A DNA stretch of 64,000 bases from an uncultured Clostridia bacterium (GTDB taxonomy: Bacteria; Bacillota; Clostridia; TANB77; CAG-465), in the NCBI GenBank assembly GCA_944388545.1, contig CALXJE010000049.1, positions 2,142-66,141 on the forward strand, read 5' to 3'. The translations under genes and the position numbers were made by a program. How positions within the stretch are numbered: the stretch's first letter is position 1; the number at the start of each line of letters is the position of its first letter. Positions 39,039 through 48,291 of this stretch are shown here, piece by piece. Below the pieces are notes generated by a model. It searched no databases. It had not been told where the DNA came from and saw only the letters and a program-made list of their open reading frames with translations.

Positions 39039-39656
39039 ATGCTTAAAAACTTGTTAAAAGAATATGTAATTCAAAATAAAAAGATAGTTATAGGATTATT
39101 GTTTTGTATAATAATAGGAACAGTAGCAGGATTTATTATATATAACTTTTCATCTAAAGAGGTAAAAAATATACTTATTAATCAGATGGCGGGTGATATA
39201 GAAGCTTCAAGTAAAGGAGATTTTATAAAAACAGATGTAATATATAATGGAATTAAAAATAATATTTGCTATATATTTTTTATGTTTTTATTTAGTATCA
39301 TGTTATATGGTACAATATTTATATATCTGTTATATATAATAAAAGGAACGGCAATAGGAATATATATAGGAACATTATTTGGCATATTTGGATTTTGGTG
39401 GGGATTACTTGTAGTTTTGACTTTAGTAGTATTAGTAAATATTGTATATTTACCAGCAATAGTATTTGTTGGAACTACTTTAATAAATTATAATTTAGAT
39501 ATAATGGAATATAGAAAAGATGTAAAAAAAGTCACGTCATTTTCTCGAGTTGCTATAAAAGTGATTTTAGGTATTATGATAATATTTTCAAGTATAATTG
39601 TAGAACAATTAATGAGTAATATTGCAATAAAAATAAATAATTACATTCAAAAGTAA
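39039..39656 (+). CDS. spoIIM: stage II sporulation protein M
   Basis: 205 aa, 5-TM profile, size and position (near xerD) as in SpoIIM; similarity judged by eye. Confidence 0.6.
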   Translation: MLKNLLKEYVIQNKKIVIGLLFCIIIGTVAGFIIYNFSSKEVKNILINQMAGDIEASSKGDFIKTDVIYNGIKNNICYIFFMFLFSIMLYGTIFIYLLYIIKGTAIGIYIGTLFGIFGFWWGLLVVLTLVVLVNIVYLPAIVFVGTTLINYNLDIMEYRKDVKKVTSFSRVAIKVILGIMIIFSSIIVEQLMSNIAIKINNYIQK

Positions 39657-39835
39657 TATCTTGAATTAAGCTATTTTAAAGGCTTTAGAAAAAATAATTG
39701 AATAACATTACATAAAAAATTCAAAAACCGTTGCAAAATATCGAAAAATGGTGTAAAATAATGTAGACAATTAAATAAGGTAAGCATAACGCCGTAGTAT
39801 AAAGTTGTGTAATGTTATTGAATGAGGTAAAAGCA

Positions 39836-40717
39836 ATGGAACTTATTATTCAAGATTTTATTGAGTACTTGAAAAGTAGACAAGTATCTAAAAACACTTT
39901 AGTGTCATACGAAAGAGATATTAATCAATTAGTAGTACATTTAGAGCAAATAGGAAAGAAAATGGTTGAGGCTACAAGTGATGATTTACAAAATTATGTT
40001 GTTTATATGCAAACAATGGGTAAATCTAATGCAACTATTTCTAGAAGCGTCGCTTCTATAAAAGCATTTTATAAATATTTATTGAAAAATAAAATTATTG
40101 AAGATAATATAGCGGAAGGCTTAGTTGCTCCAAAAGTAGAAAAGAAAGAATTAACAATACTTACTCCTAAAGAAGTAGAATGCTTATTAGAACAACCTGT
40201 TTTAACTGATCTAAAAGGACAAAGAGATAAAGCAATGTTGGAAATATTATATGCTACAGGAATAAGGGTAACAGAACTTATTTCAATTAAAGTATCAGAT
40301 GTTAATTTAAATTCTGGGTATGTTAAAGTAAAAAAGAAAAATAAAGAAAGAACAATTCCAATTGGTAATGTTGCTCTAAAATGTTTAAAAGATTATATAG
40401 AAAATGTTAGACCTCTTCTTATAAAGACAGAGGAAGAAGAAACTTTGTTTATAAATGCGAACGGACAAAAGATGACAAGACAAGGCTTCTGGAAAATACT
40501 AAAGCAATATAAAGATCAAGCTAAAATAGAGAAAGACTTAACACCACATACTATTAGACATTCATTTGCAGTGCATTTGTTACAAAATGGTGCAGAAGTA
40601 AAAATGGTACAAGAAATATTAGGACATACTGATGTTGCATCAACATTAATGTATACACAGATGGCTGATATGACATTAAGAGATGAATATTTAAAAGCAC
40701 ACCCAAGAGGAAATTAA
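39836..40717 (+). CDS. xerD: tyrosine site-specific recombinase XerD/XerC
   Basis: ATG 39836 after GAGGTAA; SAM-like N-domain, ATGIRVTEL, HTIRHSFAVHLLQNGAEVKMVQEILGH....T..YT. Confidence 0.8.
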   Translation: MELIIQDFIEYLKSRQVSKNTLVSYERDINQLVVHLEQIGKKMVEATSDDLQNYVVYMQTMGKSNATISRSVASIKAFYKYLLKNKIIEDNIAEGLVAPKVEKKELTILTPKEVECLLEQPVLTDLKGQRDKAMLEILYATGIRVTELISIKVSDVNLNSGYVKVKKKNKERTIPIGNVALKCLKDYIENVRPLLIKTEEEETLFINANGQKMTRQGFWKILKQYKDQAKIEKDLTPHTIRHSFAVHLLQNGAEVKMVQEILGHTDVASTLMYTQMADMTLRDEYLKAHPRGN

Positions 40718-40773
40718 TAATATGAATTGAAGCGAATGCCGTTTTTGGTGTTCGTTTGTTTTTTGGAGGAACT

Positions 40774-41511
40774 ATGAGAAATATAAAATTAACTATAGAA
40801 TATGATGGGACTAATTTTCATGGATGGCAAAAACAACCAGGACTTAGAACCGTACAAGAAGAAATAGAAGAATGTTTGCTTGCAATATTAAAAGAAAACA
40901 TAACGATTAGTGGAGCTGGAAGGACTGATGCTGGTGTTCATGCCATAGGGCAAGTAGCTAATTTTTATACGGATAAAACAATTAAGTGTGAAGAACTATA
41001 TATGGCTATAAATAGTATAATACCAAAAGATATAACAATATTAAATGTGGAAGAAGTAGATGAAAATTTCCATGCAAGAAAATCTGCAAAGGCAAAGCAT
41101 TATAGATATGTTATTAATAACTTTAAAATACACTCAGCATTAAATGTTAATAGAGAATATGTATTTAAGTACAATTTGGATTTGGAAATCATGAAAATGG
41201 CAGCTAACGATTTAATTGGCAAACATGATTTCTACGCTTTTAAATCTGCTTCAAGTGATATAGAAAATACAGAAAGAGAAATATATGATATATCTATAAA
41301 TAGAGTAGGAACTAGAGTAATAATAGATATAATGGGAAATGGATTTTTACATAATATGGTTAGAATTATTGTTGGAACATTACTTGACATAGGATCAGGG
41401 AAACTAGATGTTTGCACTATAAAAAACATGTTTGAAACAAAAGATAGAACATTAGGTGGGCAGACAGTTCCAGGATGTGGTCTTTATATGGTAGAAGTAA
41501 TATATAATTAA
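40774..41511 (+). CDS. truA: tRNA pseudouridine(38-40) synthase TruA
   Basis: ATG 40774; IEYDGTNFHGWQKQPG, GAGRTDAGVHA. Confidence 0.93.
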   Translation: MRNIKLTIEYDGTNFHGWQKQPGLRTVQEEIEECLLAILKENITISGAGRTDAGVHAIGQVANFYTDKTIKCEELYMAINSIIPKDITILNVEEVDENFHARKSAKAKHYRYVINNFKIHSALNVNREYVFKYNLDLEIMKMAANDLIGKHDFYAFKSASSDIENTEREIYDISINRVGTRVIIDIMGNGFLHNMVRIIVGTLLDIGSGKLDVCTIKNMFETKDRTLGGQTVPGCGLYMVEVIYN

Positions 41512-41528
41512 AGGAAAAGTAGGAATAA

Positions 41529-42248
41529 ATGAGTAGGAAAAAGAAAGTAAAAATATTTAAAATAATATTGTTAATAATAGTATTGATATTAATTGTAGCT
41601 CTTACAATGTATTTAGTACCTGTAATGAAAAAGTTATCGACTGTAGAGGGACAAGTAGAATTTAAAGAAAAAATAAGTAAACTGGGTATATGGGGAATAT
41701 TAATTTTATTTGGACTTCAGCTTGCGCAGATATTTTTGTTTATACTTCCGGGAGAACCTATGGAGATACTTGCAGGAATGTGTTATGGAGCAGTAGGAGG
41801 AACTATATTTATAATGATATCTGTTGCTATAATAACAGCATTAATATTTTTCTTGGTTAAAAAAGTAGGTAAGAAATTTATATATGATTTTTCGGAAGAG
41901 AAAAAAATTAAGAAAATAGAAAATAGTAAGCTATTTCAAAACCCTAAAAAAATAGAAACAATTATGATTATATTATTTATGATACCAGGTACACCTAAAG
42001 ATCTACTAGTATATATATCGGGAATATTACCTTTAAAACCTTTAAGAATTATATTGATTTCAACGTTTGCAAGGGTTCCATCAGTCATATCTTCAACAAT
42101 TGCAGGAGCTAATTTGGTAAAAGGAAATTGGAAAGTAAGTCTTGTTGTATATTTAATTACATTTGTAATTATAGGGATAATAATGTTTGTTATAAATAAA
42201 TTAGATAAAGATAAGATTACAGAAAAAGCATTAGAAACAATAAAATAA
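41529..42248 (+). CDS. TVP38/TMEM64 (DedA-related) family membrane protein
   Basis: 239 aa, 5-6 TM, FILPGEPMEILAG.. and IPGTPKDLL.Y..G motifs. Confidence 0.7.
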   Translation: MSRKKKVKIFKIILLIIVLILIVALTMYLVPVMKKLSTVEGQVEFKEKISKLGIWGILILFGLQLAQIFLFILPGEPMEILAGMCYGAVGGTIFIMISVAIITALIFFLVKKVGKKFIYDFSEEKKIKKIENSKLFQNPKKIETIMIILFMIPGTPKDLLVYISGILPLKPLRIILISTFARVPSVISSTIAGANLVKGNWKVSLVVYLITFVIIGIIMFVINKLDKDKITEKALETIK

Positions 42249-42337
42249 ACTATTAAAAATAGTTGCAAAAGAAATAAATATGCAAAATAATTATATCTAT
42301 ATATAAAAAAGAAAATAAAGAAAGTAGGAGGAATAAA

Positions 42338-42946
42338 ATGAAAACAAAGAAAAATCAAAGAAAAGGTATATCATTAATAGTGTTAATTGTAACGATAATT
42401 GTGATGATAATATTAGCAGGAGCAATAATATTAACACTAAATAATAGTGGAGTTATAGGAAGAGCAGAAGAGGCAACAGAAAAAACAAATGAGCAGGCAA
42501 TAAAAGAAGCAGCAAATATGGCATATGGAGACTGGGTGCTAGCAAAACAAATGGATAATGAAACAAGAAGTGCAGATGAGTATGTAAAAAGTAAATTAAA
42601 AGAGCAAGGGTTTAGAGATGAGCAATTGGAAAATTTAGTAGTAACGGATGATGGAAAAATTACTATAATAAAAAATGATGATACAAATGAAATAATATCA
42701 TTTACTATAGGAGATCAAAGCTATACAGCAGAAAGCGGAATGACTTGGGAAGAATGGGTTAACTCAAGTTATAATATAAATAATTTTTCTATTAGTACAC
42801 GTCCAGAGTATTTAAATTGTATTATGATTACAGACCATTCAGGCGCTTCCAGTTATTATGTTAAAGATGAGGATAAAGTATTGTCATCACATATTATAAA
42901 GTCTGGTTATGCATATGAAATGGTTTATGGCTATAGTAATAATTAG
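42338..42946 (+). CDS. prepilin-like N-terminal domain protein (hypothetical)
   Basis: RKG/ISLIVLIVTIIVMIILAGAII resembles a class III (type IV pilin) signal but has Val in place of Glu+5. Confidence 0.45.
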   Translation: MKTKKNQRKGISLIVLIVTIIVMIILAGAIILTLNNSGVIGRAEEATEKTNEQAIKEAANMAYGDWVLAKQMDNETRSADEYVKSKLKEQGFRDEQLENLVVTDDGKITIIKNDDTNEIISFTIGDQSYTAESGMTWEEWVNSSYNINNFSISTRPEYLNCIMITDHSGASSYYVKDEDKVLSSHIIKSGYAYEMVYGYSNN

Positions 42947-43004
42947 CATGATTTATTTAAAAACTTATGATTATAAGTGATGTGAAAATTTATAAGGCTA
43001 GAAT

Positions 43005-43033
43005 TTGACATAACAAGTAAAAAAGTGTATAAT
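43005..43033 (+). promoter_or_regulatory. consensus sigmaA promoter
   Basis: TTGACA, 17-nt spacer, TATAAT. Confidence 0.6.
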
Positions 43034-43133
43034 ATTATAGTATAGTAATTTATTGTTGAAATTTTTATTTTTAATTTCAGATAATAATGGCGGTTGCCAT
43101 TTATTATAAATATTAACAAAAAGGAGATTTATT

Positions 43134-43421
43134 ATGAGTATTTCATCAACAAAAAACGTAAGAGTAGGTATCATTGAAGAACTTCATTCCATGCTTACAA
43201 ATCATACTGATCGGCCTAAGTTTATTTTAAATGTTTTCCTGCTAACTTCTGAGGGGGCTCTTATTCAAAAAAGTAATTTTGAAATTTTTGCAAATGATCC
43301 TATAACTAAAATTGAAGAAAAGGTTACAAAAATGAGACTTAAGGGTGGAATTACTACTCTCAAAATTGTGCAAATTGAAAAGTCCTCAGACAATGAATAT
43401 ACTTTAGAATTAAGTGTATAA
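43134..43421 (+). CDS. hypothetical 95-aa protein
   Basis: AAAGGAG RBS, consensus promoter, own terminator; no family recognised; in-frame CGG at 43212-43214. Confidence 0.5.
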   Translation: MSISSTKNVRVGIIEELHSMLTNHTDRPKFILNVFLLTSEGALIQKSNFEIFANDPITKIEEKVTKMRLKGGITTLKIVQIEKSSDNEYTLELSV

Positions 43422-43450
43422 GTTGTTTACCTCTCTTTTATAATAATTAT

Positions 43451-43481
43451 AAAGGTCAGCTATTGATTAGCTGGCCTTTTT
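43451..43481 (+). terminator. rho-independent terminator
   Basis: GGTCAGCT-loop-AGCTGGCC then TTTTT. Confidence 0.7.
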
Positions 43482-43491
43482 ATGATATAAT
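43463..43491 (+). promoter_or_regulatory. rpsB promoter (its -35 lies in the loop of the preceding terminator)
   Basis: TTGATT, 17-nt spacer, TGaTATAAT. Confidence 0.5.
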
Positions 43492-43607
43492 ATATCAGCT
43501 CATGTATGAGCATAAATACACACATAAATATTGTTTATGCTTCTCTCCTGTTATGGAGTAAAATAAACGGTAATATTTATGGAGGAAATAAGAAGGAGGA
43601 ATTTTAA

Positions 43608-44462
43608 ATGGCAATTATACCTATGAGATCATTACTAGAAGCCGGTGTTCATTTTGGACATCAAACAAGAAGATGGGACCCAAGAATGGCTCCATACATT
43701 TTTACAGCAAGAAATGGTATATATATACTAGATTTGCAAAAAACTTTAAAGAAAGTTAAAGAAGCTTATGAGGTTGTAAAATCAACTGTTGAGCAAGGTG
43801 GAACAGTACTATTTGTTGGAACAAAAAGACAAATAGCAGAATGCATCAAAGAAGAAGCTACAAGATGTGGTATGTACTATATCAATAGTAGATGGCTTGG
43901 AGGGACATTAACAAACTTTTCTACTATCAAACAAAGAATAGCTAGATTAAAACAATTAGAGGCAATGCAAGAAGACGGAACATTTGATGTTCTACCTAAA
44001 AAAGAAGTTATTAAACTAAAACTTGAAATGGAAAAACTAGAAAAGAATTTGGGTGGAATTAAAGAAATGGAAAAATTACCATCTGTTGTATTCCTAGTAG
44101 ATTCAAAAAAAGAATTTATTTGTACTAAGGAAGCAAGAAAATTAGGAATTACTACAATTGGACTTATAGATTCAAATTGTAATCCTAATGATGTAGATCA
44201 TGTTATACCAGGAAATGACGATGCAGTTAGAGCGGTAAAATTAATTACAGCTAAAATGGCAGATGCAGTATTACATGGTAAAAACGGTGAAGCTCCAGTA
44301 GATTTTGAAGATGATGAAGATACTTCAATGGAACAATTAGTAAAAGAAGTTGGAGAAGATAAAATAGAAAGAAAACCAAGAAAGCCAAGACAACAAAAAA
44401 ATAATGATACAGAGAAAAAAGAAGAAAAAGTAGAAGAAAAACAAACTGAAGAAAATAAATAG
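43608..44462 (+). CDS. rpsB: 30S ribosomal protein S2 (with acidic/Lys-rich C-terminal tail)
   Basis: [29 protein letters not shown]. Confidence 0.97.
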   Translation: MAIIPMRSLLEAGVHFGHQTRRWDPRMAPYIFTARNGIYILDLQKTLKKVKEAYEVVKSTVEQGGTVLFVGTKRQIAECIKEEATRCGMYYINSRWLGGTLTNFSTIKQRIARLKQLEAMQEDGTFDVLPKKEVIKLKLEMEKLEKNLGGIKEMEKLPSVVFLVDSKKEFICTKEARKLGITTIGLIDSNCNPNDVDHVIPGNDDAVRAVKLITAKMADAVLHGKNGEAPVDFEDDEDTSMEQLVKEVGEDKIERKPRKPRQQKNNDTEKKEEKVEEKQTEENK

Positions 44463-44473
44463 GAGGGATTAGT

Positions 44474-45118
44474 ATGGTAACAGCTGAACAAGTAAAAGAA
44501 TTAAGAGATATAACTGGTGCAGGAATAATGGACTGCAAAAAAGTTTTAGTAGAAGTTGATGGTGATATCAAAAAAGCAGTTGAAACTCTTCGTGAAAGAG
44601 GAATAGCAAAGGCTGCTAAAAAAGCTGGAAGAATCGCTGCAGAAGGTTTAGTAGAAGCATATATACATAATGGAAAATATGGTGCTATGGTAGAAGTTAA
44701 TAGCGAAACTGACTTTGTTTCAAAAAATGACGAATTTAAGACTTTCGTTAGAGATATAGCAATGCACATAGCTGCAACTAATCCTTTATACGTATCTAGA
44801 GAAGATGTACCTCAAGATGTTATAGATGCTGAAAAAGAAGTTATAAAAGCACAAGCATTAAATGAAGGGAAACCTGAAGCAGTTGTTGAAAAAATGGTAG
44901 AAGGAAGAATAAATAAATATTTAGCAGAAATTTGTTTGTTAGAGCAACCATTTGTAAAAGATCCTGACAAAACTATTGGTCAATTACTAACTGAAAAAAT
45001 AGCTACAATTGGTGAAAATATTGTAATTAGAAGATTCGTTAGATTTGAAAGAGGCGAAGGGCTAGAAAAGAAAGAAGAAAACTTTGCAGAAGAAGTAATG
45101 AAACAAATTAATGGATAA
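44474..45118 (+). CDS. tsf: translation elongation factor Ts (short, 214-aa form)
   Basis: [21 protein letters not shown]......[21 protein letters not shown]. Confidence 0.95.
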   Translation: MVTAEQVKELRDITGAGIMDCKKVLVEVDGDIKKAVETLRERGIAKAAKKAGRIAAEGLVEAYIHNGKYGAMVEVNSETDFVSKNDEFKTFVRDIAMHIAATNPLYVSREDVPQDVIDAEKEVIKAQALNEGKPEAVVEKMVEGRINKYLAEICLLEQPFVKDPDKTIGQLLTEKIATIGENIVIRRFVRFERGEGLEKKEENFAEEVMKQING

Positions 45119-45130
45119 TATTTATAAAAG

Positions 45131-45163
45131 TAGCAGGAAAATTTAAAATCCTGCTATTTTTTT
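45131..45163 (+). terminator. rho-independent terminator after tsf
   Basis: TAGCAGGA-loop-TCCTGCTA then T7. Confidence 0.75.
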
Positions 45164-45458
45164 ATACATAATATAATATTGTAAAAAGAATGATAAAGTA
45201 AGTTTGAGATAAAATTAAAAAAATAATACGAAGAAGTTAATTTGAATATTATATAAAATAAAATTAATATGTAGACTAATGTGGATAGAAACATTTTAAT
45301 TAAAATTTTTTGCTAAGAACATTACAAAAAGTAATATTAGTTTTAATATAACAATTGGTATTTTTAGAGTAATCAAATCATAAAATACTAAGATGATTAG
45401 AATTTAATGCTATACTATATTTTTAGGTTTTTTCACTCAAAAATAATTTTGAAAACAC

Positions 45459-45486
45459 TTGATTTTAAGCATATATATAGTATAAT
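45459..45486 (+). promoter_or_regulatory. frr promoter
   Basis: TTGATT, 16-nt spacer, TATAAT. Confidence 0.5.
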
Positions 45487-45525
45487 AATATAAGTTATAG
45501 AAGGTTAAAATGGAGGAAAATTTTT

Positions 45526-46074
45526 ATGAATTATAATGAGTTAGAAAATAAAATGCAAGAAAGAATAGATTATTTAGAAAGTGAGCTTGGAAACATTAGA
45601 GCAGGAAGGGCAAACCCTCAGATACTTAATAAAATATCAGTAGAATACTATGGAACTATGACGCCACTTAATCAAGTAGCTTCCATATCAGTTCCAGAAG
45701 CAAGACAAATTGTTATAACTCCGTGGGATAAAAGTTTAATAGGACCTATATCAAAAGCTATACAAGTTGCAGAATTAGGTATCAATCCTATGAATGAAGG
45801 AAACGGAATAAGATTAACTTTTCCAGAACTAAATGAGGAAAGAAGAAAAGAGATTGTAAAATCGGTTAAAGCATTAGGTGAAGATACTAAAGTAGGAATA
45901 AGAAACGCAAGAAGAGACTCTATTGATGAGGCCAAAAAAGAACAGAAACAAGGTGAAATTAGCGAAGATGAATTAAGAGTAATTGAAGAAAAAATACAAA
46001 AGATAACAGACAAATATGTTGCTAAAGCTGACGAATTAGTAACAAAAAAAGAAAAAGAGGTTATGGAAGTATAA
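45526..46074 (+). CDS. frr: ribosome recycling factor
   Basis: LGNIRAGRANP.IL..I.VEYYG..TPLNQ.A.ISVPEAR...I.PWDKS; EERRKE.VK. Confidence 0.96.
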   Translation: MNYNELENKMQERIDYLESELGNIRAGRANPQILNKISVEYYGTMTPLNQVASISVPEARQIVITPWDKSLIGPISKAIQVAELGINPMNEGNGIRLTFPELNEERRKEIVKSVKALGEDTKVGIRNARRDSIDEAKKEQKQGEISEDELRVIEEKIQKITDKYVAKADELVTKKEKEVMEV

Positions 46075-46091
46075 AACGAAAGTAGGTAACA

Positions 46092-46904
46092 ATGAAAACA
46101 AGAATTTTATCTGGCACAATTTTTGCTGCAATAGGTGTATTTATTATATATTTAAATAATTCGCTAGTAGATAGTATTTTTATTACGATACTAGCTTTGA
46201 TTGCTTGCTTTGAATTTTTTAGAGCATTTAAAAATAAAGGCATTAATGCAATACATTGGATTGGTTATGCAGGGTGTTTAGCTATTATGCTTATAGATAA
46301 TCATGTATCAGAAGAATATAAAATTTTAATATATAAAATGGCAATATCTATACTTGCAGTTAGTTTATTTGCCTATATGGTGATATCAAAATTAAATAGA
46401 AATATAAGAGATATAACAATTACAGTTATGTCACTTATATATATTCCGACATTATTTTCTTTTATTAAAAGAGTTTTAATGTTAGAAAATGGTAGGATAT
46501 TAATTTGGTATGTTATATTAGGAGCATTTACAAGTGATACTTTTGCTTATTTTATAGGCTGTAAATTTGGAAAAAATAAATTGTGTCCAACTATAAGTCC
46601 GAAAAAAACAGTAGAAGGATCTGTTGGAGGAATTTTTGGAGTAATATTATCATATGTTATTCTTACAGCTATAGGAAACTATTACTTTAACTTTAATATG
46701 GATATAGTATATTGGATATTAATTGCTATTGTAGCAAGTATAGTTGGTCAAATGGGAGATTTAACGGCTTCTGCAATAAAAAGATATTGTGGAATAAAAG
46801 ATTTTGGAAATTTAATTCCAGGACATGGTGGAGTTTTAGATAGATTTGATAGTTTAATATTTGTTGCCCCAATCGTGTATATATTTATTAAATTATATAT
46901 ATAA
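46092..46904 (+). CDS. cdsA: phosphatidate cytidylyltransferase
   Basis: 270 aa multi-TM; SDTFAYF.G..FGK.KL...ISPKKT.EGS.GG; PGHGG.LDRFDS. Confidence 0.9.
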   Translation: MKTRILSGTIFAAIGVFIIYLNNSLVDSIFITILALIACFEFFRAFKNKGINAIHWIGYAGCLAIMLIDNHVSEEYKILIYKMAISILAVSLFAYMVISKLNRNIRDITITVMSLIYIPTLFSFIKRVLMLENGRILIWYVILGAFTSDTFAYFIGCKFGKNKLCPTISPKKTVEGSVGGIFGVILSYVILTAIGNYYFNFNMDIVYWILIAIVASIVGQMGDLTASAIKRYCGIKDFGNLIPGHGGVLDRFDSLIFVAPIVYIFIKLYI

Positions 46905-46942
46905 TTATACTATGTAATAAGAAAGTAGAAAGGTGAAAAAAA

Positions 46943-48187
46943 TTGGGAATAATACTTACAATACTTAAATTAATAGTAATATTAGGAGTAGTTGCATCTA
47001 TACATGAATTTGGACATTTTATATTTGCAAAACTTTTTAAAATGAAAGTTGATGAATTTGCTATAGGTTTTGGAAAGGCAATATGGAGTAAAGAATATAA
47101 AGGAACTAAATTTTCGCTTAGGTGCTTACCTTTAGGTGGATATTGTGCAATAGATGGTGAAGATGGAACATCTGATAATAAAGATGCTTTTTGTAATAAA
47201 GCTTGGTGGAAAAGAATAATAGTTTTGGTTGCAGGAGTGGTTTTTAATGCAATACTTGCAACAATAATATTTATATCAATCAATTTACCTGGAGACACTT
47301 ATACAAATGTTATAACAGACATAGATGAAACATCAATAGCTTATGAGATTGGACTTAGAAACGGTGATAAAATAAAGAGTATAAATAATGACAAAATAAA
47401 AATACTGCAAGACATATCTTTGTATAACGATTTATCAAATGAAAATATTGAAATAGTATATGAAAGAGACGGTAAAGAAGAAAAGATAATAACAGACGAA
47501 CTTGTAAAAGATATAGGATACATAGGAGTATATTTTGACGCTAAAGCAGAAGAAATTACAAGTAAAATTGATATGGTAGAAGGAGGCAGTGCAGCTCAGA
47601 AAGCGGGATTAAGATCTGGTGATGTCATAAAATCAATTAATGGTATTGAAACTAAATTATCAAGTGATGTTATAAATATAGTATATCAAAATCCTGAAAA
47701 AGAAATAGAACTAGTTTATGAAAGAGATGGTAAGGAATATACTGAAATGATAATTCCAGTATCAAAGAAAGTATTTTCTATAGGTAATTTCTCTACAGAA
47801 AAAGTAGATACAAATATATATTATGCATTCTGTAAGGCAGGAACAAATATAAAACAAATAATAGGTTCATATGTTGATTTATTTAAAGGCAATGTGTCTG
47901 TAAATCAATTATCAGGAATAGTTGGAATGGGAGAAGTTGTATCTAAGACAGATGGATTAGTAGAATTCTTAAATTTACTTGCAATAATTTCTCTTGCGGT
48001 AGGTATAGCAAATATAATGCCATTTCCACCTCTTGATGGAGGAAAAGTAGTGCTTGTGTTAATAGAGGCAATAACAAGAAAGAAAATATCATATAAAGTA
48101 GAAGCTGTTCTTAGTTATATAGGTTTAGCCTTATTATTAGGACTTACGTTATATGTAACATATAATGATATTGTAAGAATATTTTAG
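46943..48187 (+). CDS. rseP: RIP metalloprotease RseP/YluC (site-2 protease with PDZ domains)
   Basis: TTG start; HEFGHF zinc motif, two PDZ-like segments (GLR.GD.I.SING), C-terminal NLLP.PPLDGG. Confidence 0.9.
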   Translation: MGIILTILKLIVILGVVASIHEFGHFIFAKLFKMKVDEFAIGFGKAIWSKEYKGTKFSLRCLPLGGYCAIDGEDGTSDNKDAFCNKAWWKRIIVLVAGVVFNAILATIIFISINLPGDTYTNVITDIDETSIAYEIGLRNGDKIKSINNDKIKILQDISLYNDLSNENIEIVYERDGKEEKIITDELVKDIGYIGVYFDAKAEEITSKIDMVEGGSAAQKAGLRSGDVIKSINGIETKLSSDVINIVYQNPEKEIELVYERDGKEYTEMIIPVSKKVFSIGNFSTEKVDTNIYYAFCKAGTNIKQIIGSYVDLFKGNVSVNQLSGIVGMGEVVSKTDGLVEFLNLLAIISLAVGIANIMPFPPLDGGKVVLVLIEAITRKKISYKVEAVLSYIGLALLLGLTLYVTYNDIVRIF

Positions 48188-48291
48188 ATAGTTATTTTAA
48201 AACATAAGATAAAAAATCCAAAATGAATAATATTATCATTTTGGATTTTATAGTATTGACTATATAATATAAATACTTGGGGGTGAAATAG

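Noticed and set aside
45164-45458. Possible eroded pyrH pseudogene in the tsf-frr gap.
   Set aside because: No reading frame yields recognisable UMP-kinase motifs (KLSGE, GGGN.FRG) by eye and stops are dense in all frames. I can only call it non-coding spacer; a sensitive alignment would be needed.
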